Source: Thermodesulfobacteriota bacterium (lineage in GTDB: Bacteria; Desulfobacterota; Desulfobacteria; Desulfobacterales; SURF-7). From it: DNA of 64,000 nucleotides. The translations under genes and the position numbers were made by a program. The notes under the pieces were generated by a model that worked only from the letters and a program-made list of their open reading frames with translations, made no database searches and was not told the DNA's origin. How positions within the stretch are numbered: the stretch's first letter is position 1; each line of letters begins with the position of its first letter. The DNA is taken from assembly GCA_049320885.1 (NCBI GenBank), contig JBMORA010000012.1, forward strand, positions 64,001 through 128,000. The letters run 5' to 3'. Positions 29,729-39,956 of this stretch are shown piece after piece.

Positions 29729-32700
29729 ATGATCCAACGAATCATCGATTTCTCAGGACGGAACCGCTTTCTCGTTCTCCTGCTGATGCTGGCGGTGGGG
29801 GGCGTGTCGATCCATATCCTGAACAATATCCGGCTGGACGCCCTGCCCGATCTGTCCGACACCCAGGTGATCATCTTTTCGCGCTGGGACCGTTCCCCGG
29901 ACATCATCGAAGATCAGCTGACCTATCCCATCGTCACGGCGCTCCTCGGCGCCCCCCGTGTCAAGGCCATCCGGGGCTTCTCGGATTTCGGCTATTCCTA
30001 TGTGTATGTGATCTTCGAGGACGGCACGGATATGTACTGGGCCCGTTCGCGGGTGCTGGAATACCTGGCCAAGATTCAGCCGCGGCTGCCCCAGGGGGTT
30101 GCAACCGAGCTGGGGCCGGACGCCAGCGGCGTGGGCTGGGTGTTCCAGTACGCCCTGCGCGATGAATCCGGCGCCCATTCCCTGTACGAACTCCGTTCCC
30201 ATCAGGACTGGACCCTGCGGTACGCCCTGCAGTCCGTGCCGGGGGTGGCGGAGGTGGCCTCCATCGGCGGATATGTAAAGCAGTATCAGATCACGGCGGA
30301 TCCCAACCGTCTTGCGGCCTACGGGCTGTCCCTGGATCAGGTCATGGAGGCCGTCCGGTCATCCAACAACGAGGTGGGCGGCCGCCTGATCGAATGGAGC
30401 GGCCGGGAATACATGGTGCGGGGCCGGGGATACAGCCGGCGGCCGGCGGATTTGGAGGCCGTTGTTCTGAAAACCACTCCCGGCGGGGTGCCGGTTCTGC
30501 TGAAGGACGTGGCCCGGGTGGAATTCGGACCGGAAATCCGGCGGGGGGTCGCCGATTTGGATGGCGAGGGCGACACGGTGGGCGGCATCGTGATCATGCG
30601 TCACGGTGAAAACGCCCTGAACGTCATCAATCGGGTCAAGGAAAAGCTCAAGGAACTGGAGCCTGCCCTGCCGGAAGGGGTCCGGTTCGTCTTCACCTAC
30701 GACCGGTCCGATCTGATCCTCCGGGCCTTGAACACCCTGCGGCACGAACTCGTGCTGGAGATGATCGTGGTTTCCGCAGTCATTCTGATCTTTCTCTGGC
30801 ATATTCCTTCCGCCGTGGTGCCCATCGTCACCATCCCGGTTTCCGTGCTGTTCGCCTTCATCCCCATGTACTATTTCGGGGTGACGGTGAACATCATGTC
30901 CCTGGCCGGCATCGCCATATCCATCGGGGTCCTGGTGGACGGCGCCATCGTCGAGGTGGAGAACGCCTACAACAAGATCTATCACTGGCAGGCCGGGGGC
31001 CGCAAAGGCGATTTTTTCGAGGTGCGTCTTTCGGCCCTCAAGGAAGTGGGGCCGTCGGTGTTTTTCTCCCTGCTGGTGATCGCCGTGGCCTTTCTGCCGG
31101 TGTTCGCCCTGGTGGACCAGGAGGGCCGGCTGTTCAAGCCCCTGGCCTATTCCAAAAACCTGGCCATGGCCATTGCCGCCATCCTGGCCATAACCCTCGA
31201 TCCGGCCATGCGGATGCTCTTCGCCCGCATCGATCCCTACGATTTCCGGCCAGCCTGGCTGTCCCGGCTGGCCACCCACTTCCTGGTGGGGACCTACCAG
31301 CCCGAGGAACGCCATCCGGTGAGCCGGGCCGTGTTCCGGGCCTATGAACCGGTCTGCCGCTGGGTTTTGCGCCGTCCCCGGACGATTGTCGCTGCTTCGG
31401 CATTGCTCGTGGCCGTGAGCATCCCGGTCTATTTTCAACTGGGCTCGGAATTCATGCCGCCCCTGCGGGAAGGGTCGCTGCTGTTCATGCCCACCACCCT
31501 GCCCGGCATTTCCGTCACCGAAAGCCAGCGCATTCTCCACATCCAGGACCGGATCCTGCGGTCCTTTCCGGAGGTGGAACGGGTCTTCGGCAAGGCCGGC
31601 CGGGCCGACACGTCCACGGACCCGGCGCCCTTCTCCATGATGGAAACCACCATCGTGCTGAAGCCGGAAAACGAGTGGCGCACAAAACCCAGGTGGTATA
31701 CGTCCTTTGCCCCGGAATGGCTTCGCTCCCTGCTGGGCGTCTTCTGGCCGGACCGGATCACCTATGAGGAACTCCTGGCGGAAATGGACGAGAAACTCGT
31801 CCTGCCCGGGGTGTCCAGCCGGGGGGCCATGACCATGCCCATCAAGGCCCGCATCGACATGCTCACCACCGGCGTGCGCAGTCCCGTGGGCATCAAGATT
31901 TTCGGCGCCGATCTTACGGAAATCGAACGCATCGGGGAGCGCATCGAGGCGGTCATCAAGGACATCCCCGGCACCACCAGCGTTTTCGCCGAGCGCACCG
32001 CCGGGGGCTATTTCATCGATTTCGAACCCCGGCGGGAACAGCTGGCCAGGTTCGGCCTGACCGTGGGAAACCTGCAAAGCGTCATCATGAGCGCGGTGGG
32101 CGGCGAGAACATCGCCACCAGCATCGAAGGCCGGGAGCGCTATCCCATCAATCTGCGCTATCCCCGGGAACTGCGCGGCGACCTGGAAACCCTCCGGCGG
32201 ATCCTGGTGGCCACGGAAACGGGCCTCCAGGTACCCCTGGGGCAGCTCGCCGATATCCGTCTGGTCCAGGGGCCTTCCATGCTGCGCAACGAGAACGGGT
32301 TCCTGTCCGGTTATGTGTATGTCTACATGGGCGGCCGCGATATCGGCGGCTACGTGGCGGAGGCCAAGGAAAAGGTCCGGGAGGAATTGCGCCTGCCCAC
32401 CGGATACTCGCTCCAATGGAGCGGCCAGTACGAGAACATGATCCGGGTCCGGGAACGCATGAAGGTGATCATCCCCATCACCCTGGTGTTGATCTTCATC
32501 CTACTGTTCGCCAACACCCGCTCCATGGTCCGATCCCTCATCGTGCTGCTGGCCGTGCCGTTTTCCGCCATCGGGGCCATATGGCTGTTTTATATCCTGG
32601 ATTACAACGTGTCCATCGCGGCCTGGGTGGGCATGATCGCCCTGTTGGGGCTGGATGCGGAAACCGGGGTGTTCATGCTCCTGTTCCTGGAGCTTTCCTA

Positions 32701-33013
32701 CGAGGAGGCCAGAAAACAGGGCCGGCTCGGCACCCCCATGGAATTGGATGAGGCCATCGTGCACGGCGCGGTCAAAAGAGCCCGGCCGAAAATGATGACG
32801 GTGTTCGCGGCCTTCATGGGGCTTCTGCCCATCATGTGGTCCGATTCCGCCGGCGCCGATGTGATGAAGCGGATCGCGGCGCCCATGCTCGGCGGCCTGG
32901 CAACCTCGTTCATCCTGGAACTGTTGGTGTATCCGGCGGTTTTTAAATTATGGAAACAACGCGTTTATTGGGAACGGGGTCATGATCCGGCAACCGGCAG
33001 GCCCCCTGCATGA
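29729..33013 (+). CDS. cusA: CusA/CzcA-family heavy-metal RND permease
   Basis: LDALPDLSDTQVI, LGPDASGVGWV, EFMPPL, DPAP..MMET, MPIKARIDML (Met residues as in CusA), RPKMMT. Confidence 0.95.
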   Translation: MIQRIIDFSGRNRFLVLLLMLAVGGVSIHILNNIRLDALPDLSDTQVIIFSRWDRSPDIIEDQLTYPIVTALLGAPRVKAIRGFSDFGYSYVYVIFEDGTDMYWARSRVLEYLAKIQPRLPQGVATELGPDASGVGWVFQYALRDESGAHSLYELRSHQDWTLRYALQSVPGVAEVASIGGYVKQYQITADPNRLAAYGLSLDQVMEAVRSSNNEVGGRLIEWSGREYMVRGRGYSRRPADLEAVVLKTTPGGVPVLLKDVARVEFGPEIRRGVADLDGEGDTVGGIVIMRHGENALNVINRVKEKLKELEPALPEGVRFVFTYDRSDLILRALNTLRHELVLEMIVVSAVILIFLWHIPSAVVPIVTIPVSVLFAFIPMYYFGVTVNIMSLAGIAISIGVLVDGAIVEVENAYNKIYHWQAGGRKGDFFEVRLSALKEVGPSVFFSLLVIAVAFLPVFALVDQEGRLFKPLAYSKNLAMAIAAILAITLDPAMRMLFARIDPYDFRPAWLSRLATHFLVGTYQPEERHPVSRAVFRAYEPVCRWVLRRPRTIVAASALLVAVSIPVYFQLGSEFMPPLREGSLLFMPTTLPGISVTESQRILHIQDRILRSFPEVERVFGKAGRADTSTDPAPFSMMETTIVLKPENEWRTKPRWYTSFAPEWLRSLLGVFWPDRITYEELLAEMDEKLVLPGVSSRGAMTMPIKARIDMLTTGVRSPVGIKIFGADLTEIERIGERIEAVIKDIPGTTSVFAERTAGGYFIDFEPRREQLARFGLTVGNLQSVIMSAVGGENIATSIEGRERYPINLRYPRELRGDLETLRRILVATETGLQVPLGQLADIRLVQGPSMLRNENGFLSGYVYVYMGGRDIGGYVAEAKEKVREELRLPTGYSLQWSGQYENMIRVRERMKVIIPITLVLIFILLFANTRSMVRSLIVLLAVPFSAIGAIWLFYILDYNVSIAAWVGMIALLGLDAETGVFMLLFLELSYEEARKQGRLGTPMELDEAIVHGAVKRARPKMMTVFAAFMGLLPIMWSDSAGADVMKRIAAPMLGGLATSFILELLVYPAVFKLWKQRVYWERGHDPATGRPPA

Positions 33014-33041
33014 ACAACCTGCAAACAAAGGAGACAGCATC

Positions 33042-33578
33042 ATGAAAATCAACCTCGATAAGCTGATAATGGCGTTCATTCTCTGCCTGGTCTTGTCTTC
33101 CGGACCGGTCCGGGCCGAGGACCAGGGAGACCATGCCGGCCATCACGGCCACGGCGGCGGCGCAATGGATATGGGTGGTCATGCGGGGCACGGCGGCAAC
33201 CGGTCGGAAGTCCCGCCCATCGCCGAAAAAACCGTCGACGGCTATACCCTGAGTTTTTACCTGCATGACATGACCGAAAGAAAGCAGATGATGAAGGGCA
33301 TGGAGGGCATGAAAATGCACGGCATGAGCGACAGTCCGGACATCACCCATCACCTGATGGTCTATATCCGGAACCAGGACGGGGAAACGGTCTCCGGCAA
33401 GGTCGGGTTCATCGTCAAGGGGCCGGAAGGCAAGGAAACCAAGACCCTGACCATGGGCATGCACGGCGGGTACGGGGCCGATGTGGGCCTGGGAAAAACC
33501 GGCGAATACCGCATCACCACCAAGGCGGTGATCGACGGCCGGACCATCGTGGCGGAGTTCAGCCATGTCATGAAATGA
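33042..33578 (+). CDS. His/Met-rich periplasmic protein, putative metallochaperone
   Basis: Sec signal (VRA/ED); HAGHHGHGGGAMDMGGHAGH, MMKGMEGMKMHGM, THHLMV, MGMHGGYGAD; last gene of the cus operon. Confidence 0.8.
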   Translation: MKINLDKLIMAFILCLVLSSGPVRAEDQGDHAGHHGHGGGAMDMGGHAGHGGNRSEVPPIAEKTVDGYTLSFYLHDMTERKQMMKGMEGMKMHGMSDSPDITHHLMVYIRNQDGETVSGKVGFIVKGPEGKETKTLTMGMHGGYGADVGLGKTGEYRITTKAVIDGRTIVAEFSHVMK

Positions 33579-33623
33579 GCCGAATAGCCAAAAGTATTAG
33601 GAATATATCAAATCAACGGTTTT

Positions 33624-35399
33624 TCATGGTGATCCGGAGAGGTGCGGCATGACTTCGAACAATCGATAGCACACCAATCCCAATCCATGCTGATTGCGAA
33701 AATCAAAAACCGGTTGCATGGACATCTTACGGCCAGGTGATATATGCTTGTTGAAATAGCTTTCCACCAGCCGGGTCACGGGAGTTTTTGAAGTTTTTTC
33801 AATATATTCGAACCAGATAGCAGCGGGATTGTCGATGCTCCAGCGGAGCAATTCATTACCGTTTTGCAGACCATGATGTCGTAATATCCGCAGATACCCC
33901 TTGGAATGGATCAGCCAACCGGCAGGCAACACCGGAATGGAGGTGAAATCCGCCACCTCCTTCAAGGGATGAACAGCTTCCTGCAATAAATTGCTGTTCG
34001 GGTCCAGGGGTATCAACAGCACGGTATCCAGGTGGGGCCGGTTCATCGCCACCATGCTCAGTTTCCTATCGATCTGTTCTTTTTCCGCTCTGCGGGCGAA
34101 TACATGCTGAAGAAGAGAGGCGGTTTTGGACCAGGTCAAGCCGGCCGCCGTGAGTGTCAGGGCGAGGGCAACGACGAGGAAAATTTCTGTCGGGTTCCGT
34201 TTTGATCCGCCGACAGGGTCTGGTTTTTCCAGACGGTCGAGAATGACAAAGAAGGTGCCCGCGACATAACAATAGAGCGGCATATATACCCGCGGAACGA
34301 AGCGATAATACATCAGGAACAGGGCGCCTGCAACCACGATGCCGATGGCCAGACCCTGGCGGAAAGGCTTCGTGATTGTTTGGCGCCTCAAGGAGGCAAG
34401 ATTTCGTATGAAAACGGCGGACAACGTGCAGAACAGAATGAGGGTGACGGTTTTGCTTCCCTGGAAATGCAGGGACATTCGCTGAGCGACCTGCCGAAAA
34501 AACGGGATTTGACCTGTGGGATTGTTTTCCTTTGTAAACAGGGAGATTGATGATGTATTGGACCGGTTGATGTCATGTAAAAACCAGTAATTTCGGAAAA
34601 GTATAAAATCTTCCATATCCCAGCCGGCTTTTGATATTGCTCGTAGCGTAAGGTCGCCATAGTATTCCCCCCTATCCGTATCATGGAAAATTCCCCGTAT
34701 ATTGCTGTATTGAAAAAAGAAACGGTTATCCTTTGAATATTGATGAAAGAGCAGCCAGAAAGAAAGAAGGAGGAGGAAGAAGAATCCTGCCCAGACGGGC
34801 AGGGTTTTTCGGAAAAAAGAAAGCCTTCCGACAATGACGACGGAGAAAACCAGTATTGATGCGAATTGCACAAGGTTCCAGCGCAGGGAAAAAGACATAA
34901 CCAGGGCGAGGGTCAATAAAAAAAGATACGTGCGTTCTTCGTGTATCGGGCAATTTTCGGTGAGGGCCCATTCCAACAGGCAAAGAAACACCGCGAATAA
35001 CAGCAGCAGGGAAGCGGATGTGAAACTGGCGAAAACAAAACAATGGAAAAAAACAATAAAAATAAACGGAGTGGCCGACAGGAAGGCGAACCGGTCATTG
35101 CTTCTGAGGAAAACGCCCAGAATAAGGGTGTAGCTTAGAAGGATACCGGAGTACAGATAGAAGCCATACCAGGGAAGACCCGGAACCGCGCGGTAGAGAC
35201 GGTGCAGCATGTGGCTGGTCACTGGATTGAGGAAAAAGCAGTCTTTCCCTGGTAAAAACCCGTTCAATTCAAGGACGATGGCGAAATCATCGTTGGATTC
35301 GTACCGGACCGGCAGGAAGCTGCCGATATTGATCATAAAGACGCTGACGCAGAGCAGGGCGATCCACAGGGAATTTCGCTTTATGGAATACGGTTGCAT
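33624..35399 (-). CDS. Polytopic membrane protein, putative GT-C-fold glycosyltransferase
   Basis: About 11 TMs with an acidic motif (YESNDD) in the first periplasmic loop, plus a C-terminal soluble domain. Confidence 0.55.
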   Translation of the reverse strand: MQPYSIKRNSLWIALLCVSVFMINIGSFLPVRYESNDDFAIVLELNGFLPGKDCFFLNPVTSHMLHRLYRAVPGLPWYGFYLYSGILLSYTLILGVFLRSNDRFAFLSATPFIFIVFFHCFVFASFTSASLLLLFAVFLCLLEWALTENCPIHEERTYLFLLTLALVMSFSLRWNLVQFASILVFSVVIVGRLSFFRKTLPVWAGFFFLLLLSFWLLFHQYSKDNRFFFQYSNIRGIFHDTDRGEYYGDLTLRAISKAGWDMEDFILFRNYWFLHDINRSNTSSISLFTKENNPTGQIPFFRQVAQRMSLHFQGSKTVTLILFCTLSAVFIRNLASLRRQTITKPFRQGLAIGIVVAGALFLMYYRFVPRVYMPLYCYVAGTFFVILDRLEKPDPVGGSKRNPTEIFLVVALALTLTAAGLTWSKTASLLQHVFARRAEKEQIDRKLSMVAMNRPHLDTVLLIPLDPNSNLLQEAVHPLKEVADFTSIPVLPAGWLIHSKGYLRILRHHGLQNGNELLRWSIDNPAAIWFEYIEKTSKTPVTRLVESYFNKHISPGRKMSMQPVFDFRNQHGLGLVCYRLFEVMPHLSGSP

Positions 35400-35557
35400 G
35401 GTATGGTTTCCAGGAGCTGAAACTCACTGCATGGTAACGGTTGTATGGGAGAGGTGATCGACAAGGTTCCAACAACAGTAAACTAAAGGTTGACGCAAAA
35501 ACATTGTTTGTAATATGGTTACGCGTTACTTTGCCAGTCTCACATAAGAGAACCGAT

Positions 35558-36511
35558 ATGACAAGAGAAAATATCGAAATATCCGTGGTCGTCCCGGTTT
35601 ACAACAGTTCCGCGACGTTGCGGGAACTGAACCGCCGTTTGATCCACACGTTGATCGAGCTGGTGGCGGATCGGTATGAGATCCTTTACATCAATGACGG
35701 CAGCCGGGATGATTCCTGGAGGATCCTGGGTGAATTGACGATGGAAAACGGGAACCTCACCGCCGTGAACCTGACCCGCAATTTCGGCCAGCATAACGCC
35801 ATCATGTGCGGTTTCAGCGAAGCCGCCGGAAACTATATCATCACCATCGACGACGACCTGCAGCTGCCGCCGGAGGAGATCGCGGCCCTGTACCGGGAAA
35901 TTCAGAACGGTCATGATATCGTCTATGGCCTTTATCGGCAGAAGAAGCATTCCGTATTCCGGAACCTGGGTTCCGAATTCGTCCAGTTCGTGTATATGCG
36001 GACCTTCGATACGGATATCCGGCTGACGTCCTTTCGAATCATCCGGAGGGAAATCATATCCAAGATCCTGTCCTATGAGAAAAGTTTCACGTTCATCGAC
36101 GGTCTGATTTCCTGGTACACGTCCAATATCGGCAAAGTCTATGTGGAACATCATGAACGCAAAATCGGAAAAAGCGGTTATTCCCTGAAGCGCCTGATCG
36201 TCCTGTCCCTGAACATGCTGACGAATTTCAGCATCGTTCCGGTTCAGATCGCCTCGCTCATCGGCATTCTGTTCTCCCTGACGGGTTTTCTGGCCGGATT
36301 TCTTTTTTTCTGCAAAAAGCTTTTTTTCGATGTGCCGGTTTCGGGTTTCACGGCACTGATCGTCACCGTCACCATCTTTTCCGGCGTACAGCTACTCACT
36401 CTGGGCATATTGGGGGAATACATCAGCCGGATTCATATCAACGTCAACAATCGCCCCCAGTACGCGGTGCGGGAAATTGCGGCATTGCATCGTAAACCCG
36501 AAGCCAGATGA
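35558..36511 (+). CDS. GT2 polyprenol-phosphate glycosyltransferase (ArnC/GtrB-like)
   Basis: SVVVPVYN, INDGSRD, RNFGQHNA, IDDDLQLPPE, two C-terminal TMs, GILGEYISRI..RPQY. Confidence 0.92.
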   Translation: MTRENIEISVVVPVYNSSATLRELNRRLIHTLIELVADRYEILYINDGSRDDSWRILGELTMENGNLTAVNLTRNFGQHNAIMCGFSEAAGNYIITIDDDLQLPPEEIAALYREIQNGHDIVYGLYRQKKHSVFRNLGSEFVQFVYMRTFDTDIRLTSFRIIRREIISKILSYEKSFTFIDGLISWYTSNIGKVYVEHHERKIGKSGYSLKRLIVLSLNMLTNFSIVPVQIASLIGILFSLTGFLAGFLFFCKKLFFDVPVSGFTALIVTVTIFSGVQLLTLGILGEYISRIHINVNNRPQYAVREIAALHRKPEAR

Positions 36512-37653
36512 TACCTGATACCCGTTTTGCATATGCCCCCCTCGAAAGTCGTCGATTCCAGCTGAACGCCTATCGCGGTTTTCTCAAGTCCATGGATGCG
36601 GACGCCATCCTGGCGGCGGTGCTGAAACATGAAATCGACCTCCTGATCATCCGTCTGCCGGCGGAAAAGCAATGCGAAATCGCCGTATTGAATGAACTCG
36701 GGATGCCTTTTATCATAGCAGACACCCTTGTCTGGTATCATGCGGATATCTCCGGTATTCAGCCGAAACCTTACCGGAACCCCGATCTGTCGTTTATCGA
36801 GTACACGTCGGATCATTTCGAGCTGTCCGATCGCATGGTGCAGGAAATATTCACCGGATATTGGAACAACTATTCGGCCAACCCGCTGCTGGAAGCGGAT
36901 TTGGTCGAAATCTACAGGGATTGGACCCGCAGTTACGCGACGGACCGGGCCAGGGGCAAGTTTTCGTGGCTGGTGGGAAGAGGCGACGACCTTCTCGGTC
37001 TGATCACCTGCCTGGTGCAGCAGAATGAGCTGGAGGTGGTCCTGAATGGAGTTCTGCCCAGGGAGGCGCGGAAGGGCGTCTATGGCGATATGATCCGCTT
37101 TATTCAAGGGTTTTGTCTGACCCACCGGATCGCCCGCATCCGGATTTCCACCCAGGCGAACAATTACGCGGTTCAGAAAGTGTGGGGACGGGAAGGGTTC
37201 CATCTGAAAAATGCCTTTGTGACGATTCATGTCAACAGCATGATGAAAGCGTCGCGGATACCGGGGAAGAGCTGGCGGGTCCGCATCGCGCCATATGGAA
37301 GTCCGGAATCTTTCGACATGGCGGGCATCGCAACCGCTGAAAAGGGTAAAATGACAATGGGGCGACAGGCCCTCCTGGGCTGGATCACAACCGGAGCGGC
37401 TCCGGTGTTTGTTCCCAGAGAAGGTGCCACGCTTTTGAAAAATGCGGTCCGGTATGTCAAGCCATTGAAGCCGGGAATGGATTACCGGGTTGACATCAAC
37501 CACCCCTATGTGAATCCGGCCGCCGGGGCGTATACGACCGTGTTGAAGGTATATGACGAAACGGGCGATATCTGTCTGTTTGCTTATTATGATTTCAGGG
37601 AACAAACGCAACCCGGAAAAACGGTTTGCGGACCTACGGAACTCTATCCATGA
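36508..37653 (+). CDS. GNAT-family acetyltransferase (WecD-like) with C-terminal extra domain
   Basis: GVLPREARKGVY acetyl-CoA loop, ISTQANNYAVQKVW..GF; C-terminus resembles a hot-dog fold. Confidence 0.65.
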   Translation: MIPDTRFAYAPLESRRFQLNAYRGFLKSMDADAILAAVLKHEIDLLIIRLPAEKQCEIAVLNELGMPFIIADTLVWYHADISGIQPKPYRNPDLSFIEYTSDHFELSDRMVQEIFTGYWNNYSANPLLEADLVEIYRDWTRSYATDRARGKFSWLVGRGDDLLGLITCLVQQNELEVVLNGVLPREARKGVYGDMIRFIQGFCLTHRIARIRISTQANNYAVQKVWGREGFHLKNAFVTIHVNSMMKASRIPGKSWRVRIAPYGSPESFDMAGIATAEKGKMTMGRQALLGWITTGAAPVFVPREGATLLKNAVRYVKPLKPGMDYRVDINHPYVNPAAGAYTTVLKVYDETGDICLFAYYDFREQTQPGKTVCGPTELYP

Positions 37654-38471
37654 CGAAAGCGGAAAAAATCCGGAAGATACTGGATTGGAGCCGGGCGCAT
37701 ACGGTCCAGAACAATGCCTACTGTTTTCTCCCCGGTGCCCATGACCGGCGCCGGACTTCCGGGGACGGGCTTTTGGGCAAGGTGCAAGACATGCTGAAGG
37801 TGAATGGCAGGCTGTATTATACCCTGCTCTCTCTCTTCGGGCCGGTCATGTTGTCGTCCGCGTATCGGGAAACCGCGAGGGCTTGTCTGGAAAAATACGG
37901 CGAAAATCATGTGATCATCAATCTGGGCAGCGGTCCAGCCTATTTTTTTGGGCGCAAGGATATCATCAATATCGATGTCTTCGCTCTGGATGAGGTGGAT
38001 ATTGTCGCCGATGCCGCCAATTTGCCGCTTGCCGATGGGTCCGTGGATTTTATCATCAGCATCGCCATGCTGGAACATGTGGTCAATCCGCGTCAGGTGG
38101 TTCAGGAAATGCATCGGATTCTGAAAAAAGACGGTGAGGTGTTTGCCTATGTTCCCTTTGTGCAACCGTATCATGCAGCACCGTACGATTTTTCCCGCTG
38201 GAATCACCAGGGGATCAAAAAACTTTTCTCCGGTTTCGATGTCAGCCGGATTTTTATCGGCAGCGGTCCCACGTCCGGAATGCTGTATGTGCTGGAGGAA
38301 TGGCTGGCGATCCTACTGTCCTTCGGCAGTAAATTCCTGCACGATATGTGGTTTTTGCTGTTGATGATGTTGTTGTTTCCGGTGAAATTCCTGGATGTGA
38401 TCCTGAACAGGTCCGGGCTGGCTGCCAACGCCGCCAGCGGTTTCGGTATCGTCGCCAGAAAGGGTGGATGA
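37650..38471 (+). CDS. Class I SAM-dependent methyltransferase
   Basis: INLGSG, DAANLP..DGSVD, LEHV, HAAPYDF. Confidence 0.88.
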   Translation: MTKAEKIRKILDWSRAHTVQNNAYCFLPGAHDRRRTSGDGLLGKVQDMLKVNGRLYYTLLSLFGPVMLSSAYRETARACLEKYGENHVIINLGSGPAYFFGRKDIINIDVFALDEVDIVADAANLPLADGSVDFIISIAMLEHVVNPRQVVQEMHRILKKDGEVFAYVPFVQPYHAAPYDFSRWNHQGIKKLFSGFDVSRIFIGSGPTSGMLYVLEEWLAILLSFGSKFLHDMWFLLLMMLLFPVKFLDVILNRSGLAANAASGFGIVARKGG

Positions 38472-38474
38472 CCT

Positions 38475-39923
38475 ATGAATGCGTCTATGAATGGCCCGAT
38501 GCAGCAGTATCAGCAAAGGAGAATCGCGCATTGGAACCGGGTGGTTTCCAAAAAAGAGAAGACCGACCGCTGGAGCTCATGCTACCACGGATTATTGCAT
38601 CATTATTACCGGTTGATGGTGCCTCGCGGCTTGAAAATCCTGGAAATCGGTTGCGGCATGGGGGATCTTCTATCTGCCCTGGAGCCGAGCCATGGAGTGG
38701 GGATCGATTTCGCGGAGGAAATGCTTGTCCGCGCCCGGCAGCGGCATCCACGGCTGACGTTTATCCATGCAGATGCCCATGATCTCCCGTTACGGGAGCT
38801 ATTTGACGTCATTATCCTGTCCGACCTGGTGAACGATCTCTGGGATGTTCAGACTGTTTTGGAGAAAGTCCGCAACCTGTGTCATCCCGGCACCCGCGTT
38901 ATTACAAATTTTTTTAATAACATCTGGAGAATACCTCTTGGAGTCGTGAAACGGCTGGGGCTGGGGGCCGATGTATTGGAACAGAACTGGTTTTCGCCCC
39001 ATGACGTTTCCAATCTCCTGGAGCTGGCAGGTTTTGAGGTCATCGACGTTTCGCCCCGGGTACTCCTGCCGCTGCGCATCCGGTTTCTGGAAACCCTGGC
39101 GAACCGGTATCTGGTCAACCTGATCCCTTTCAACTGGTTCGGTCTGACCAACATCATGATCGCCCGGCCCATTTCCGCCAGAGAGGAAATATTGGCTTGT
39201 CGCGGCAAGACCGTCTCGGTGATTGTTGCGGCCCGGAATGAGGCCGGTAATATCGAGAATATCCTCAAACGCGTGCCGGAACTTGGAGATAAAACCGAAA
39301 TTGTGTTTGTGGAAGGACATTCCAGCGATCAGACCTACGAGACCATTGAGGACGCAATCAAACGCCACCCGGAAAAACACGCTTGTCTGTTCCGCCAGAC
39401 CGGAAAAGGCAAGGGGGACGCCGTGCGGCTCGGTTTTGAGAAAGCCTCGGGGGATATTCTCATGATACTGGATGCGGACTTGACTGTTCCTCCGGAGGAT
39501 TTGCCGCGTTTTGTCCAGGCCATGACATCCGGCAAGGGCGACTTTATCAATGGCGTGCGCCTGGTGTATCCCATGGAAGACAAGGCCATGCGTTTTCTCA
39601 ATATTATTGGAAACAAGTTTTTCAGTCTGGCCTTCACCTGGTTGCTGGGACAGCCCATCAAGGACACGTTGTGCGGCACAAAGGTGTTGTGGAAGAAGGA
39701 TTACGATCTGATTGTTTCCAATCGCAGCTATTTTGGCGAGTTCGATCCATTCGGCGACTTTGACCTGTTGTTCGGCGCGGCCAAATTGAACCTGAAAATT
39801 GCAGAAGTGCCCATCCGCTACCGGGAACGAGTCTACGGCACCACCAACATCAGCCGGTTCTCCCATGGCTGGCTGCTCCTGAAAATGGTGCTGTTCGCCG
39901 CAAAAAGGATCAAATTTATATAA
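38475..39923 (+). CDS. Bifunctional methyltransferase-like / GT2 glycosyltransferase
   Basis: N-terminal LEIGCGMG; C-terminal VIVAARNE, VEGHSSD, GKGDA, LDADL, DTLCGTK, DPFGDFDLL. Confidence 0.88.
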   Translation: MNASMNGPMQQYQQRRIAHWNRVVSKKEKTDRWSSCYHGLLHHYYRLMVPRGLKILEIGCGMGDLLSALEPSHGVGIDFAEEMLVRARQRHPRLTFIHADAHDLPLRELFDVIILSDLVNDLWDVQTVLEKVRNLCHPGTRVITNFFNNIWRIPLGVVKRLGLGADVLEQNWFSPHDVSNLLELAGFEVIDVSPRVLLPLRIRFLETLANRYLVNLIPFNWFGLTNIMIARPISAREEILACRGKTVSVIVAARNEAGNIENILKRVPELGDKTEIVFVEGHSSDQTYETIEDAIKRHPEKHACLFRQTGKGKGDAVRLGFEKASGDILMILDADLTVPPEDLPRFVQAMTSGKGDFINGVRLVYPMEDKAMRFLNIIGNKFFSLAFTWLLGQPIKDTLCGTKVLWKKDYDLIVSNRSYFGEFDPFGDFDLLFGAAKLNLKIAEVPIRYRERVYGTTNISRFSHGWLLLKMVLFAAKRIKFI

Positions 39924-39956
39924 GTAACTGATTTTTTTGAGGGGAACCCCCTTTAT

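Noticed and set aside
30359..32416. Long antisense ORFs (685 aa here; also 6580-7878, 12261-13808, 19468-21111)
   Set aside because: These are GC-rich shadow frames opposite well-supported genes, with no motifs of their own
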